A DNA stretch of 59,103 nucleotides, the filler included. It is 7 parts of 7 records of this genome, joined end to end, with 100 filler letters (N's around TTAATTAATTAA, not from the genome) between each part and the next. Parts side by side here need not be neighbours in the genome. Positions count along the whole stretch, not along the records: positions 30,719 to 37,170 come from SRR31147125_47759; positions 37,271 to 43,209 come from SRR31147125_47760; 5 more parts are not named here. One strand, written 5' to 3'. The position numbers and the translations under genes were made by a program. Every line of letters begins with the position of its first letter. Position 1 is the stretch's first letter. Of this stretch, positions 31,178 to 40,709 are shown in pieces. Below the pieces are notes generated by a model. That model ran no database searches and had not been told where the DNA came from. It worked only from the letters and a program-made list of their open reading frames with translations.

Positions 31178-32242
31178 CTATTTAAAATTTTTTTGTTTCT
31201 CTGCTGGAGTTTGTTCTGCCACAGGAGGCACAAACTCCTGTGTTTTGACTGGTTGCGTCTCTTTCATCGGCAGCGAAAAGCGTTCAACCTTGGGGCTCGA
31301 ATTTGTGTTTAGCAGGAGACGGACTGCATCCGGACGGGAGTAATGGCCCACAGGGTCCATCGCATTTTTTGCAATGCCGAGCATGCCTATATCAATGTCT
31401 GCGTAAAGTATACCCTCAGCGGTTTCAGGCAGAGGTTTGGTGATTGGCCGGCCGTCAGGAGCAAAAATAGCAGCAAAGCCGCCTCCCTCCAATAGCAACT
31501 CACCTTTGTCAGGCGTATCGCAGAGCATCTTGATCATCTCTTGTGATACCGTGGCGCACGCCATTAGGGTAAAGACCCCTCCTTCACAGGCCAACACTTG
31601 GGTGGCGGCCGTGTTCAGTTCCGCCGAAAAGCCATAGGCCGCTCCCCTGTAGAGTGAGAAGCTTGGCCAGGAGGCCACATGAATCTGTTCCCCCATACTG
31701 AACAATGAATATTTGAGAAGCGACAGGAGATTCTCCCAACAGTTAAGAGCACCAACTCGACCGATATCGAGCTGCCATGTGGCCAAACCGCTTGGATCAC
31801 CATCGCCAAAGACCGTTCGTTCCGCATGCGTCGGCTTCATTTTGGATCGAACGCTCAGGATCTTTCCAGTCCGATCAATGATCATTTGACTCATGTAAAG
31901 GCTTCCCCCGTGTTTTTCGCTGAACCCCATGACAACGTTGATATTGTTGTCAAGGGCGGCCTTGGTAATAAGCTTAGCCTGAGGGGAGTCGACAACCAAC
32001 GAGTTCTCAAAGTACTGCCCGACAAACTGCATGCCCCATGCGGGAGAACCGAGCCAAATCCACCACGGGTACCCCGGTATCCACGTTTCGGGAAAAGCAA
32101 TGATATCTGCCTTGTTGGCCGCAGCTTCCTTAATAAGTGCAATCCCTTTTTCTATAGTTGCGTCCCTATCAAGGAAAATAGGGGCTGCCTGTACAACCGC
32201 AGCTTTAAAAACTTTTTTTCCTTCATAACTTTTTCCCTTCAT
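31178..32242 (-). CDS. Nitrilase (branch 1 carbon-nitrogen hydrolase)
   Basis: Glu-Lys-Cys triad: FPETWIPGYPWW, KMKPTHAER, LNCWEN; DPVGHYSRPD. Confidence 0.95.
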   Translation of the reverse strand: MKGKSYEGKKVFKAAVVQAAPIFLDRDATIEKGIALIKEAAANKADIIAFPETWIPGYPWWIWLGSPAWGMQFVGQYFENSLVVDSPQAKLITKAALDNNINVVMGFSEKHGGSLYMSQMIIDRTGKILSVRSKMKPTHAERTVFGDGDPSGLATWQLDIGRVGALNCWENLLSLLKYSLFSMGEQIHVASWPSFSLYRGAAYGFSAELNTAATQVLACEGGVFTLMACATVSQEMIKMLCDTPDKGELLLEGGGFAAIFAPDGRPITKPLPETAEGILYADIDIGMLGIAKNAMDPVGHYSRPDAVRLLLNTNSSPKVERFSLPMKETQPVKTQEFVPPVAEQTPAEKQKNFK

Positions 32243-32531
32243 TTCATATGCTTAATAGCTCCTGGTTGTCTATAAAGCTGAATGGATTTGCAAATCGTTT
32301 GGCCATGAGAGAATAAAAAGATATACCAGCCTAAATTTGCTTGAAATTCGTTTTTGTAGGTACAGTATGCCCCCTAAGCTGAGACAAAATATGCCACGTT
32401 TAGATTTGATATGAATTGATATTAGCGTTATTTTAATTGAGTCTTTATTTCTTTTTACTTTTGATACGAAACACATGTTTAACAAAGAACTTCTGAGGCA
32501 AAATCTTCAATTGGATCCTCAGATATGCAGA

Positions 32532-33185
32532 TTAACAATCTATGAACACGACATGTACATTTCTTGGACCATGCATTCCCCGAATCAGTGTTAGCTCAAT
32601 ATCTGCTGTCCGACTGGGTCCGCTGATTAATACCGCACCACGTGGCCATTCCAATCTTTTAAGATGCGCAAGAGCCAGATCAATTCCCCATACCAAGTTA
32701 TTGATGCGAACGAATGCCACGTGCACGGGTGGGAGCAGGGATGCGGAAAGTTCGCCAGCACTCTGACTGCTTACCAAAATCGATCCACTATACGCTAAAG
32801 CTAATTGGGCGCCGGTTATTCCGAGTGCGGCAGAAGCTGCATGGCTTGGATGAGAGGATCTATGCTGTATGCCTATCTGGTCAAGTATGGAGGATAAATT
32901 AGGAACAATCTCCAATGCCGAAGGCGCAACTGAAACATATTGTTCCCGGTCTGTCACTATTATTTCGTTTAGCAGGTTTTCTAACCCTTCACCGGATCTA
33001 ATAATGTGGCATTTCCCTCCTGTTCCTTCAAAGCGGTTATAGAAGTACTCTAACAGGTTAACATCATTAAAGGTTTCTTGTTGCTGCGAAGAAGCTTGTT
33101 TAGGAGGTATCGAACCATTATATTTCAAAGGATTAGATAACGCCGCTCGCACTTTAGCCAATATCTGATTGCGGTTGTTCATCAT
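32532..33185 (-). CDS. lutC: LUD-domain protein LutC/YkgG
   Basis: SLLPPVHV, ISGPSRTADIE, GMHGP. Confidence 0.92.
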   Translation of the reverse strand: MMNNRNQILAKVRAALSNPLKYNGSIPPKQASSQQQETFNDVNLLEYFYNRFEGTGGKCHIIRSGEGLENLLNEIIVTDREQYVSVAPSALEIVPNLSSILDQIGIQHRSSHPSHAASAALGITGAQLALAYSGSILVSSQSAGELSASLLPPVHVAFVRINNLVWGIDLALAHLKRLEWPRGAVLISGPSRTADIELTLIRGMHGPRNVHVVFIDC

Positions 33186-33187
33186 CC

Positions 33188-34579
33188 TTAATCGCCTTTA
33201 TTGTGATACCGGTGAAAAGGTCTCCGCGCCAATCGCGGAAAACGACGATCCTGCCCCATTCTTTTTAAAGTTGATGGACCAAATCTTACATGGCCATCAG
33301 AGTCTATGAAAAACTTTGAACCTTGCTCAAATAAACGCCCAACCAGATCAAATCCCATGGGATTGGCGATCGTGTGAGCGAAAGAGCTTACAACGCCCCC
33401 CGCCAAAGGATCCTTTAAGGCCATCATTCGACGAATTTTTAGAATGAGTTCTGGCAATTCTATTTTTACCGGACATACGTCTCGACAGGCATGGCAGAGG
33501 GTGCAAGCGCCGGCAACATCTCTGGCCGCTTCCGCCCCTAAGCTGGCCCCTGTCAATGTCGTACCAATCGGTCCAGGATAAACCCAGGGGTAACTGTGTC
33601 CTCCAATCCTCCGATATACCGGGCAAAAATTCATACACGCACCACATCGAAGACACCGAAGGAGTTGTCGAAAATCCTTGTCTGCCAATATCTTGGTTCG
33701 AAACCCGTCAAGAATAATCACATGCATTTCCTCTGGGCCTTCCCCTTGCGACCGTCCAGGACCTGTCAGAAAAGACACATAGCTGGGAAGCCGCTGGCCC
33801 GAGGCTGAAATAGGAAGGGCACGCAGCAGGGGTAAAAGGTCAGCGGTGTTGGCCACCAGTTTCTCCATACCCATTATTACGACATGAATTTTAGGCAAGG
33901 TGGTCGACATGCGAATATTGCCCTCATTTTCAAACAGAACCACTGTCCCTGTTTCTGCCACAGCGAAATTGGCACCGGATATTCCCATGTCAGCAGATAG
34001 AAAACGGGATCTTAGCTCACGCCTAACCGCATTGGTCATCACCTCCAGGTCCTCAGTATACGGCATCCCAATTTTCATTTCTAAAAGGCGGGCGATTTCT
34101 TCTTTGGTCTTATGGATAGCCGGACCGATAATGTGTGAAGGGCGATCATTCAAAAGCTGGATAATGTATTCACCTAAATCGGTTTCCATGACCTCAATGC
34201 CTGCTTTTTCCAGATCCGGATTGAGGTGGATTTCCTCAGTGGTCATGGATTTGCCTTTAACCACGGTCCTGACTTTTTTTGTCTTGGCTATGTTCAGGAC
34301 ATATTCAATCGCTTGCTGTCCGTCTTCAGCCCAGAACACTTGACCGCCTTGCCCCTGAACCGCTGCTTCAAATTTCAACAGATGGTTTTCCAAATCGTTC
34401 AAAACACGATCTTTTGATACTTTGCACCGGTCCCGCAATGATCCAAAATCTTCCAATTCGGCGACAGCGCTTCTCCGCAGGTTTTTAAATGATTGAGTGG
34501 CCCTGTTCAGGGCTGTTTGAAGGAATTCATTGTTTAAAGCCTTCTGAATGGTTTGGTTAAACTGATCACATCCAGTCAT
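33188..34579 (-). CDS. lutB: Fe-S lactate utilisation protein LutB/YkgF
   Basis: KSMTTEEI, ETDLGEYI, ENEGN, two CxxCxxCxxxCP motifs. Confidence 0.95.
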   Translation of the reverse strand: MTGCDQFNQTIQKALNNEFLQTALNRATQSFKNLRRSAVAELEDFGSLRDRCKVSKDRVLNDLENHLLKFEAAVQGQGGQVFWAEDGQQAIEYVLNIAKTKKVRTVVKGKSMTTEEIHLNPDLEKAGIEVMETDLGEYIIQLLNDRPSHIIGPAIHKTKEEIARLLEMKIGMPYTEDLEVMTNAVRRELRSRFLSADMGISGANFAVAETGTVVLFENEGNIRMSTTLPKIHVVIMGMEKLVANTADLLPLLRALPISASGQRLPSYVSFLTGPGRSQGEGPEEMHVIILDGFRTKILADKDFRQLLRCLRCGACMNFCPVYRRIGGHSYPWVYPGPIGTTLTGASLGAEAARDVAGACTLCHACRDVCPVKIELPELILKIRRMMALKDPLAGGVVSSFAHTIANPMGFDLVGRLFEQGSKFFIDSDGHVRFGPSTLKRMGQDRRFPRLARRPFHRYHNKGD

Positions 34580-35343
34580 TTATAGTATCCCCCAGAGTTG
34601 GCCAGTATCTCCACCAAATGTACGGCCTTTAACTTAACCCGGCGCGTCTTAAGGGCGGACGCCACGTTCAACAGGCAGCCGGGCTCAGTGAAAACGAGCA
34701 ATTCTGCTTTGGTTTCTAAAGCCTGGTTGATTTTGTCGTTTGCCATAGTTCTGGACAACACCGGATATTTGGCCATAAACGCGCCCCCAAAGCCGCAACA
34801 GATTTCCGGATCTGCCATCTCCACCAACTCCAGTTTATCCACCTGATTCAGCAGGATTCGGGCTTCGTTTCTCAACCCTAATCGCCGTAATGAATGGCAG
34901 GAATCATGCAATGTGGCCTTAGCCCAACAAACAGCTCCCAACCCAATCACCTTTTTACGATTGACGAGATAATCTGATATTTCGAAGGTCTTGGCAGCAA
35001 TCTCTTTAGATCGTTCTATCCATAATGGATCGTTTTCAAATATTTCTGGATAGCTGCGCACAGTCAGAACACACGATGCAGAGGGAGAAACAATAGCCTG
35101 ATATGGCTCGAATATACGGATGAAATGTTGGGCCATCTTTTTGACCTTTTCGCCATGGCCCATATTGACAGCCCATTGCCCGCAACAGGTCTGGGCATCT
35201 GGATAATCGACATTGCAACCAGCTCGTTTCAGTATTTCCATGGCCGAGTGTCCAATTGAAGAGTAATACAAATCAGCCAAACACGGTAAAAAAAACCCTA
35301 TCGACTCGTATTTCTGATTCATTTGTTGTAGTACCTCTCTCAT
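34576..35343 (-). CDS. lutA: CCG-domain Fe-S protein LutA/YkgE
   Basis: QTCCGQ, HDSCH, ICCGFGG. Confidence 0.93.
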   Translation of the reverse strand: MREVLQQMNQKYESIGFFLPCLADLYYSSIGHSAMEILKRAGCNVDYPDAQTCCGQWAVNMGHGEKVKKMAQHFIRIFEPYQAIVSPSASCVLTVRSYPEIFENDPLWIERSKEIAAKTFEISDYLVNRKKVIGLGAVCWAKATLHDSCHSLRRLGLRNEARILLNQVDKLELVEMADPEICCGFGGAFMAKYPVLSRTMANDKINQALETKAELLVFTEPGCLLNVASALKTRRVKLKAVHLVEILANSGGYYK

Positions 35344-35427
35344 TCACTCCCAATCAACATGATCATCCTGGTGCCGCAACAGTTATTTAAAAGATTGTTC
35401 TCATTGATGGCCTTGACGGATTCTTCC

Positions 35428-35454
35428 GGCCCAGCATAGGTACAGTGCTGGGCC
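35428..35454. other. GC-rich intercistronic hairpin after dctP
   Basis: ggcccagca-N9-tgctgggcc with no U-tract; likely an mRNA-stabilising element. Confidence 0.5.
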
Positions 35455-35473
35455 AGTCTTTCTCAGCATGCGG

Positions 35474-36514
35474 TTACTGATCCTTTGAAGCCATTTCCTG
35501 TTTGACTTTTTCAAACTCGGAACGGTAATCGGCTAATATTGCTTTGCCATCCACACCCATGGATTTAACACGTTTGATCCAATCTTCCTCTAATGGTGCA
35601 ACACGTTCTTTTATTTGGGATAGAAGCTCTGGCGACGGTGTCAGGAATTTATAGTTCCGCTCCTCAAGGGATTTTTTACACCTTTCATCAGCGTCATCCC
35701 ATGCCTTTCCAGCAATCCACGACATGGGTTCACCGGAGACCCTATCGATGGTTGCCTGGAGATCTTGTGGAAGGGCATCAAATTTGCGCTGATTCATAAT
35801 CATATAGTGGGTGTCATGATACAATCCACCGGGAATGATCAGGGCATAGTTGAGAACTTTGTCAATTTTGAAGCTGCAGATAGAGTCGAGGTTGAAAAGA
35901 ATGCCATCCACCACCCCATTTGAAAGTAATTCATAGGCTTGGCTGGCTGGTGCAAATTGGGGAACCAAACCAAGCTTACCCGCAATATCTTGTATCACTC
36001 CTCCTGATACTCGGACCTTTAAATTTTTTAAATCATCAAAGGAATTAATAGGCCGTTTTACGGTGTGGATATTACCTGGGCCGTGCTCCCATAGCGCAAT
36101 CACCTTTACACCTTTGAATTCATTATATTTAGCAAAATGCTTCTGGTATATCCGCCAATACGCCACCGAGGCACTGGTCGCATCATCCGCCATCATTGGT
36201 AGTTTAAGCCCGTAAGGAAGTTTGAACCGGTCTGCAGAATATCCATCGACTCCCATAGCAACATCGCAGACACCGTTTCTTACCAAGTCGAAGTGTGCGT
36301 CAGGCTTTCCCAATGCGGGAAGAATATCAACCTTGATTTTACCATTTGTCTCTTTTTCAACATTATCAGCCCAAACTTGAATGATGTCAGTTGTTATGGG
36401 ATGCGTAGGCGGTAGCCAGTTGCTCACCCTTAAAACCGTAGGCGCAGCATTAACGGTTGTGAATGTTAAAACGGATAGGATGAAAGCTGTGATAATTGAC
36501 GAACCCAGTTTCAT
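35474..36514 (-). CDS. dctP: TRAP transporter substrate-binding protein
   Basis: Signal peptide; DLKNLKVRV, YELLSNGVVDG, MNQRKFDALP. Confidence 0.93.
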   Translation of the reverse strand: MKLGSSIITAFILSVLTFTTVNAAPTVLRVSNWLPPTHPITTDIIQVWADNVEKETNGKIKVDILPALGKPDAHFDLVRNGVCDVAMGVDGYSADRFKLPYGLKLPMMADDATSASVAYWRIYQKHFAKYNEFKGVKVIALWEHGPGNIHTVKRPINSFDDLKNLKVRVSGGVIQDIAGKLGLVPQFAPASQAYELLSNGVVDGILFNLDSICSFKIDKVLNYALIIPGGLYHDTHYMIMNQRKFDALPQDLQATIDRVSGEPMSWIAGKAWDDADERCKKSLEERNYKFLTPSPELLSQIKERVAPLEEDWIKRVKSMGVDGKAILADYRSEFEKVKQEMASKDQ

Positions 36515-36690
36515 AATGATCTCCTCTTAAAAAAGTCTTTGCATGAACAATTCAATTTGATTTGCTAACCTTTACAACCCTGCCAAATCCTTTAAGCCTC
36601 TACTATCTAACTGTAGTTAAAAAAGATTGTAAATTTCCCCCTTTCTTAAGCCTCCCGACATTGGAAAAGCGTTTTCAACCAAAAGAAGCG

Positions 36691-37170
36691 TTAATTCATG
36701 AAACCTGGCAAAAACAGTATAATGGACGGCCATAAAACAAGTAGGGACATCCGTACGATATCGGCGAGCAGAAAAGGCATCAAACCATAAAAGATGTCAT
36801 ATGTTCTGATATCGGGCAGAGAAGCTTTTAGTACGAAAACATTAAGCCCTATTGGCGGAGTAATGAGACTAATCTCGATGATTACCACCACTATTATACC
36901 GAACCAAATTGGGTCGAAACCGAGTCCAGTAACCAACGGGTAAAAAATAGGTACGGTTAAGAATAGCATGGACATGCTTTCGAATATGCAACCCAAAACC
37001 ACATATATTCCCATTATTGTAAAAATTATTACCATTGGTGACGCATTAATGCTTTTAACCCAGTTCGCCAATCCCGTGGAAAGACCAGCCACGTTAATAA
37101 AATTAGAAAATAAAAACGCACCGATGATTATGACAAAGATCATCGCCGTCATGTGTGCTGTTTCGACTAA
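36691..37170 (-). CDS. dctM: TRAP transporter large permease, 5' partial
   Basis: DPIWFGI...ITPPIGLNVF. Confidence 0.93.
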   Translation of the reverse strand, partial: LVETAHMTAMIFVIIIGAFLFSNFINVAGLSTGLANWVKSINASPMVIIFTIMGIYVVLGCIFESMSMLFLTVPIFYPLVTGLGFDPIWFGIIVVVIIEISLITPPIGLNVFVLKASLPDIRTYDIFYGLMPFLLADIVRMSLLVLWPSIILFLPGFMN

Positions 37171-37270
37171 NNNNNNNNNNNNNNNNNNNNNNNNNNNNNN
37201 NNNNNNNNNNNNNNTTAATTAATTAANNNNNNNNNNNNNNNNNNNNNNNNNNNNNNNNNNNNNNNNNNNN
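37171..37270. other. Artificial contig spacer
   Basis: N-run + ttaattaattaa + N-run. Confidence 0.99.
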
Positions 37271-38679
37271 TTTTTTTGTTCCCATGAGTCGAAAATTTCG
37301 TTAATAACAAGAAAGCCCATACGATCTGTCAATTCCAAAAGCTCTGGAGCAGGAGGGTTATGAGACATGCGTATCGCATTACACCCCATTTCGCGAAGTA
37401 TTTCTAACTGACGCTCAGCAGCGCGCATATTGAACGCTGCACCCAATGCTCCCAAATCATGGTGTTGATTGACTCCTTTCATTGTTATGGGTTCGCCATT
37501 TACAAGAATTCCCAGGTCTGGTATAAATTCAACGGAACGAATACCAAAACGTGTTTCGAATTGATCAATAGTTTGCCCTCCTAGGAGAACAGATGTAACT
37601 GACACATAAAGATTTGGTGTTTGAGATGGCTTTGGACCCCAGAATTTTGGGTTTTGTATTATCACAGAACCATTAGTAGATTCACATTGTCCTTTCATAA
37701 CTTTCGTGGTATGCGATTCTATTTGGGCTACAGAATTACCAACTTTGTTTCCTTCTTTATCTAATTCATAAATTTGTGTGATAACCTCAACTTGCACATC
37801 GTTTTCTGAATCGTTATCAATCTTAACTTCATAATCAATGGTTGCTGCCTCATCAGAGATGTTTTTTGTTTTTACAAAAGTTCCCCAATGGCTTATATGA
37901 ACTGGGTTTGTTTTTGTTAACCAAACATTGCGATAGATACCTCCGCCCGGATACCAACGAGCCGAATAATTTGGATTATCGACACGAATTGCCAGTTGGT
38001 TTGTTCCACCTGGAATAATAAAAGGTGTTAAATCTACACGCCAGGAACTATATCCGTATGGCCATCCACCAACAAGTTTACCGTTAAACCAAACCATGGC
38101 ATAAGACATTGCACCGTCAATATCCAAGAATATGGATTTACCTTTATCTGAGACTGGGATATCAAGTTTTTTCCGATACCAGGCAACACCATTACTTGGT
38201 AAACGTCCCATACCACCACCAACTTTAGGATTGTCCCCTATAAAAAAAGGTTCGTTAATTGCCCAGTCATGCGGCAAATCAATATTTTTCCAAGAGCTAT
38301 CATCAAAATCTGATTGAACAAATGAAAAATCTTCACCCGGATTTCCTTTAGGTCTTTTGTGTCTCTGCTCTGAATTTTTAATAAAGTTATTGGCAGTTGG
38401 CAAAATCCAATGCTTTAAAATTTTTTGATGGGTTTCTGTATCTACTGCTTTGGTAGGTTTTGAATCTGCATCTTTTGCATCATTGTGTTCAGTAACTTCT
38501 GGTCTGACATCGTAAATCAAAGAATCAGCTAACTCTTCTGAAGCATATTTATAGAATTTCCAACCTTGATTTAAAGAGGTTCTTTCTCTAGTTAAAGTTT
38601 TATCAGTTAATTCTGATGAACAAGCAAAAAATATTGAGGGAATTAAAATTCTGCTGAGAATTTTTAGAATCAATCGCAT
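37271..38679 (-). CDS. Glycoside hydrolase family 2 (beta-galactosidase-like) lipoprotein, 3' partial
   Basis: DLPHDW, RWYPGGGIYRNV, GVNQHHDLGALG, NAIRMSHNP; lipobox FFAC. Confidence 0.93.
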
Positions 38680-38768
38680 GCTTGATATTTTTAGTTTAAA
38701 TACATATAATGTTTTAGAACAGTAAAACTGTCAATATTTTTTTTAATTTATGAGTGTAATACAAATAA

Positions 38769-38801
38769 TGCATTGGAGTTGATTTATTAAACTCCAATGC
38801 A
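38769..38801 (-). terminator. Hairpin between susD and GH2
   Basis: tgcattggagtt-N9-aactccaatgca. Confidence 0.65.
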
Positions 38802-38836
38802 CTTCGTAAAAAATAGTTATTACCTATTGTTTTTTA

Positions 38837-40687
38837 TTAGTAACCAGGATTTTGATATGCTTCTTTTTCCTCATCTGGATTGTCCATATTTTCAAATTGA
38901 CTTGAAGGAATTGGTCGCAAATAATGATATTGTTCAATTGTACGAGAATGTGTTACTGCCTCAAAACTGTTAGCTTCACACATTGTGTACGAGCTTGCGT
39001 ATTCTATCAGTTTTCCAGTTCTCGTAAGGTCGTACCAACGAAGGTTTTCTCCGTATAATTCACGTGAACGTTCCATTAAAATATAATCTATATCAATGGT
39101 TGTTGGGGTTGCTGCTATCATCTCATCACTATGATCTGGCATCCCTGCTCTTTCACGAATAACATTTACCAAGTCTCTTGCAGTAAAATTTGTTTGCGTT
39201 GTTGCTCCTTTAACAGCAGCCTCTGCGGCAATCAGATAAGTTTCTGATAATTTGGCTATTGGAAATGGACGTGTTGACGCGTCATTTTTAACAGGTCCAT
39301 CAGGTGTAGTATCATCCCTGTTAGGCCCAAATTTCCAAAGAGAAGGATAATTGTGTCGCGATATCATGGATGGAGTCCAAACCCCATAAGCTTTATCTGC
39401 ATAATATCCAAATTTTCCTGATTCTTCCATTAAAAGAGAACTTTTATCGGTATCTGTTTCAGGGAAATAGAAGACCGTGTCACCATTATTTATTTCAATG
39501 TCATTCATCCCTTGGAGCACTGCACCGTCCCAATTTGTCCTCCCCTGATAATTGGCACGATAAACTGTAACAAATGTCCCCGCAAAACGGGAGTCCATTG
39601 TTCTGTCTGCGACAGGAAAAGTATTAGTAAATACTTCATGAGTAGGAGTAATTAACCTCCATGGTCGTCCAACATTTTGTACAGCTTGTCGATAAATAAA
39701 TTTATTACCGTTTACTGCTAATTCAAAATCCATGTTAATTGCAAAGCAAGAACGATTGGATTTTAAGTTGTTGCTTGCGTTAGAACCCCAGCTATTTGCT
39801 GTACTTTCATCATATAAATAACTACTTGCCGTATGATCTGCGCAAAGAAGAATCTCGTTGTTGTAATCGTTAGCGGCTAGATTCACTTCTCTAAATGTAG
39901 GTTGCAATCCAAATATGCCGGGATCTTGAATTGCATTGAGAGCCACATCATACGCTAGTTGGTAGTATTGACCTGAAGATTTTCCATCGGGATCCGTTCT
40001 GTTTTCACGTTCTAATAACCAGCCATAGGTTAAATAAGCTTTTGCCAGGAAATGCTGTGCAGCTGTTTTATTTGTTGCTGTTACTTCACGCGGTTGATCA
40101 GAAAGTTCATCAATTGCTTGTAAAAGATCAGGAAAAATAACTTTTGTATAAACATCCTCAACCTTATTTCGTGTTGAAAAACGAGAAGGGGTAGTATTAA
40201 ATTCTAATTCTCCAGAACCCAAATCTAGTGGCACATCTCCAAATGTGGTAACAAGCAAAAAATAGTTGAGTGCCCTGAAAAATTTTGCCTCTGCTATGAG
40301 AGAGATATCTACACCTGCATCAGAGCCTTTTTCAATTATTCCACTGCACGTATTAATTGCCGGGAATGTATTATTCCAGATGGTTGTTAAACCTCCGTTG
40401 CTAGAGAGAATATTGTATACATCTAAATCTAAAGCATAACCATCCCTGTTGTCACCATAAGTAGCTTCATCTGTGCCACAAAGGCTAAGGTACATCATAC
40501 CATGGGGACCATAGATCCAGCGTAATTGAGAATACACAGATGAAAGTCCGGATCTAATACCTTGTTCTGTTGAAAAAAAATCTGGAGTCATTTCAGAGCG
40601 TGGTTGCTCATCCAAAAAGTCTTCTGAGCAAGAAGGTATTATAAATGAGCCTATTGTAGCTAATAATATATATAATAGATTTTTCAT
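38837..40687 (-). CDS. susD: RagB/SusD family outer-membrane lipoprotein
   Basis: SCSEDFLDE, EAKFFRALNY, ERSRELYGENLRWYDL, QNPGY. Confidence 0.95.
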   Translation of the reverse strand: MKNLLYILLATIGSFIIPSCSEDFLDEQPRSEMTPDFFSTEQGIRSGLSSVYSQLRWIYGPHGMMYLSLCGTDEATYGDNRDGYALDLDVYNILSSNGGLTTIWNNTFPAINTCSGIIEKGSDAGVDISLIAEAKFFRALNYFLLVTTFGDVPLDLGSGELEFNTTPSRFSTRNKVEDVYTKVIFPDLLQAIDELSDQPREVTATNKTAAQHFLAKAYLTYGWLLERENRTDPDGKSSGQYYQLAYDVALNAIQDPGIFGLQPTFREVNLAANDYNNEILLCADHTASSYLYDESTANSWGSNASNNLKSNRSCFAINMDFELAVNGNKFIYRQAVQNVGRPWRLITPTHEVFTNTFPVADRTMDSRFAGTFVTVYRANYQGRTNWDGAVLQGMNDIEINNGDTVFYFPETDTDKSSLLMEESGKFGYYADKAYGVWTPSMISRHNYPSLWKFGPNRDDTTPDGPVKNDASTRPFPIAKLSETYLIAAEAAVKGATTQTNFTARDLVNVIRERAGMPDHSDEMIAATPTTIDIDYILMERSRELYGENLRWYDLTRTGKLIEYASSYTMCEANSFEAVTHSRTIEQYHYLRPIPSSQFENMDNPDEEKEAYQNPGY

Positions 40688-40709
40688 AATTGTATCTTTT
40701 GACTGTTAA

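Noticed and set aside
32289-32306. Sigma54-like promoter upstream of the nitrilase (minus strand tggccaaacgatttgca)
   Set aside because: GG-to-GC spacing is 11 nt, not the strict 10.
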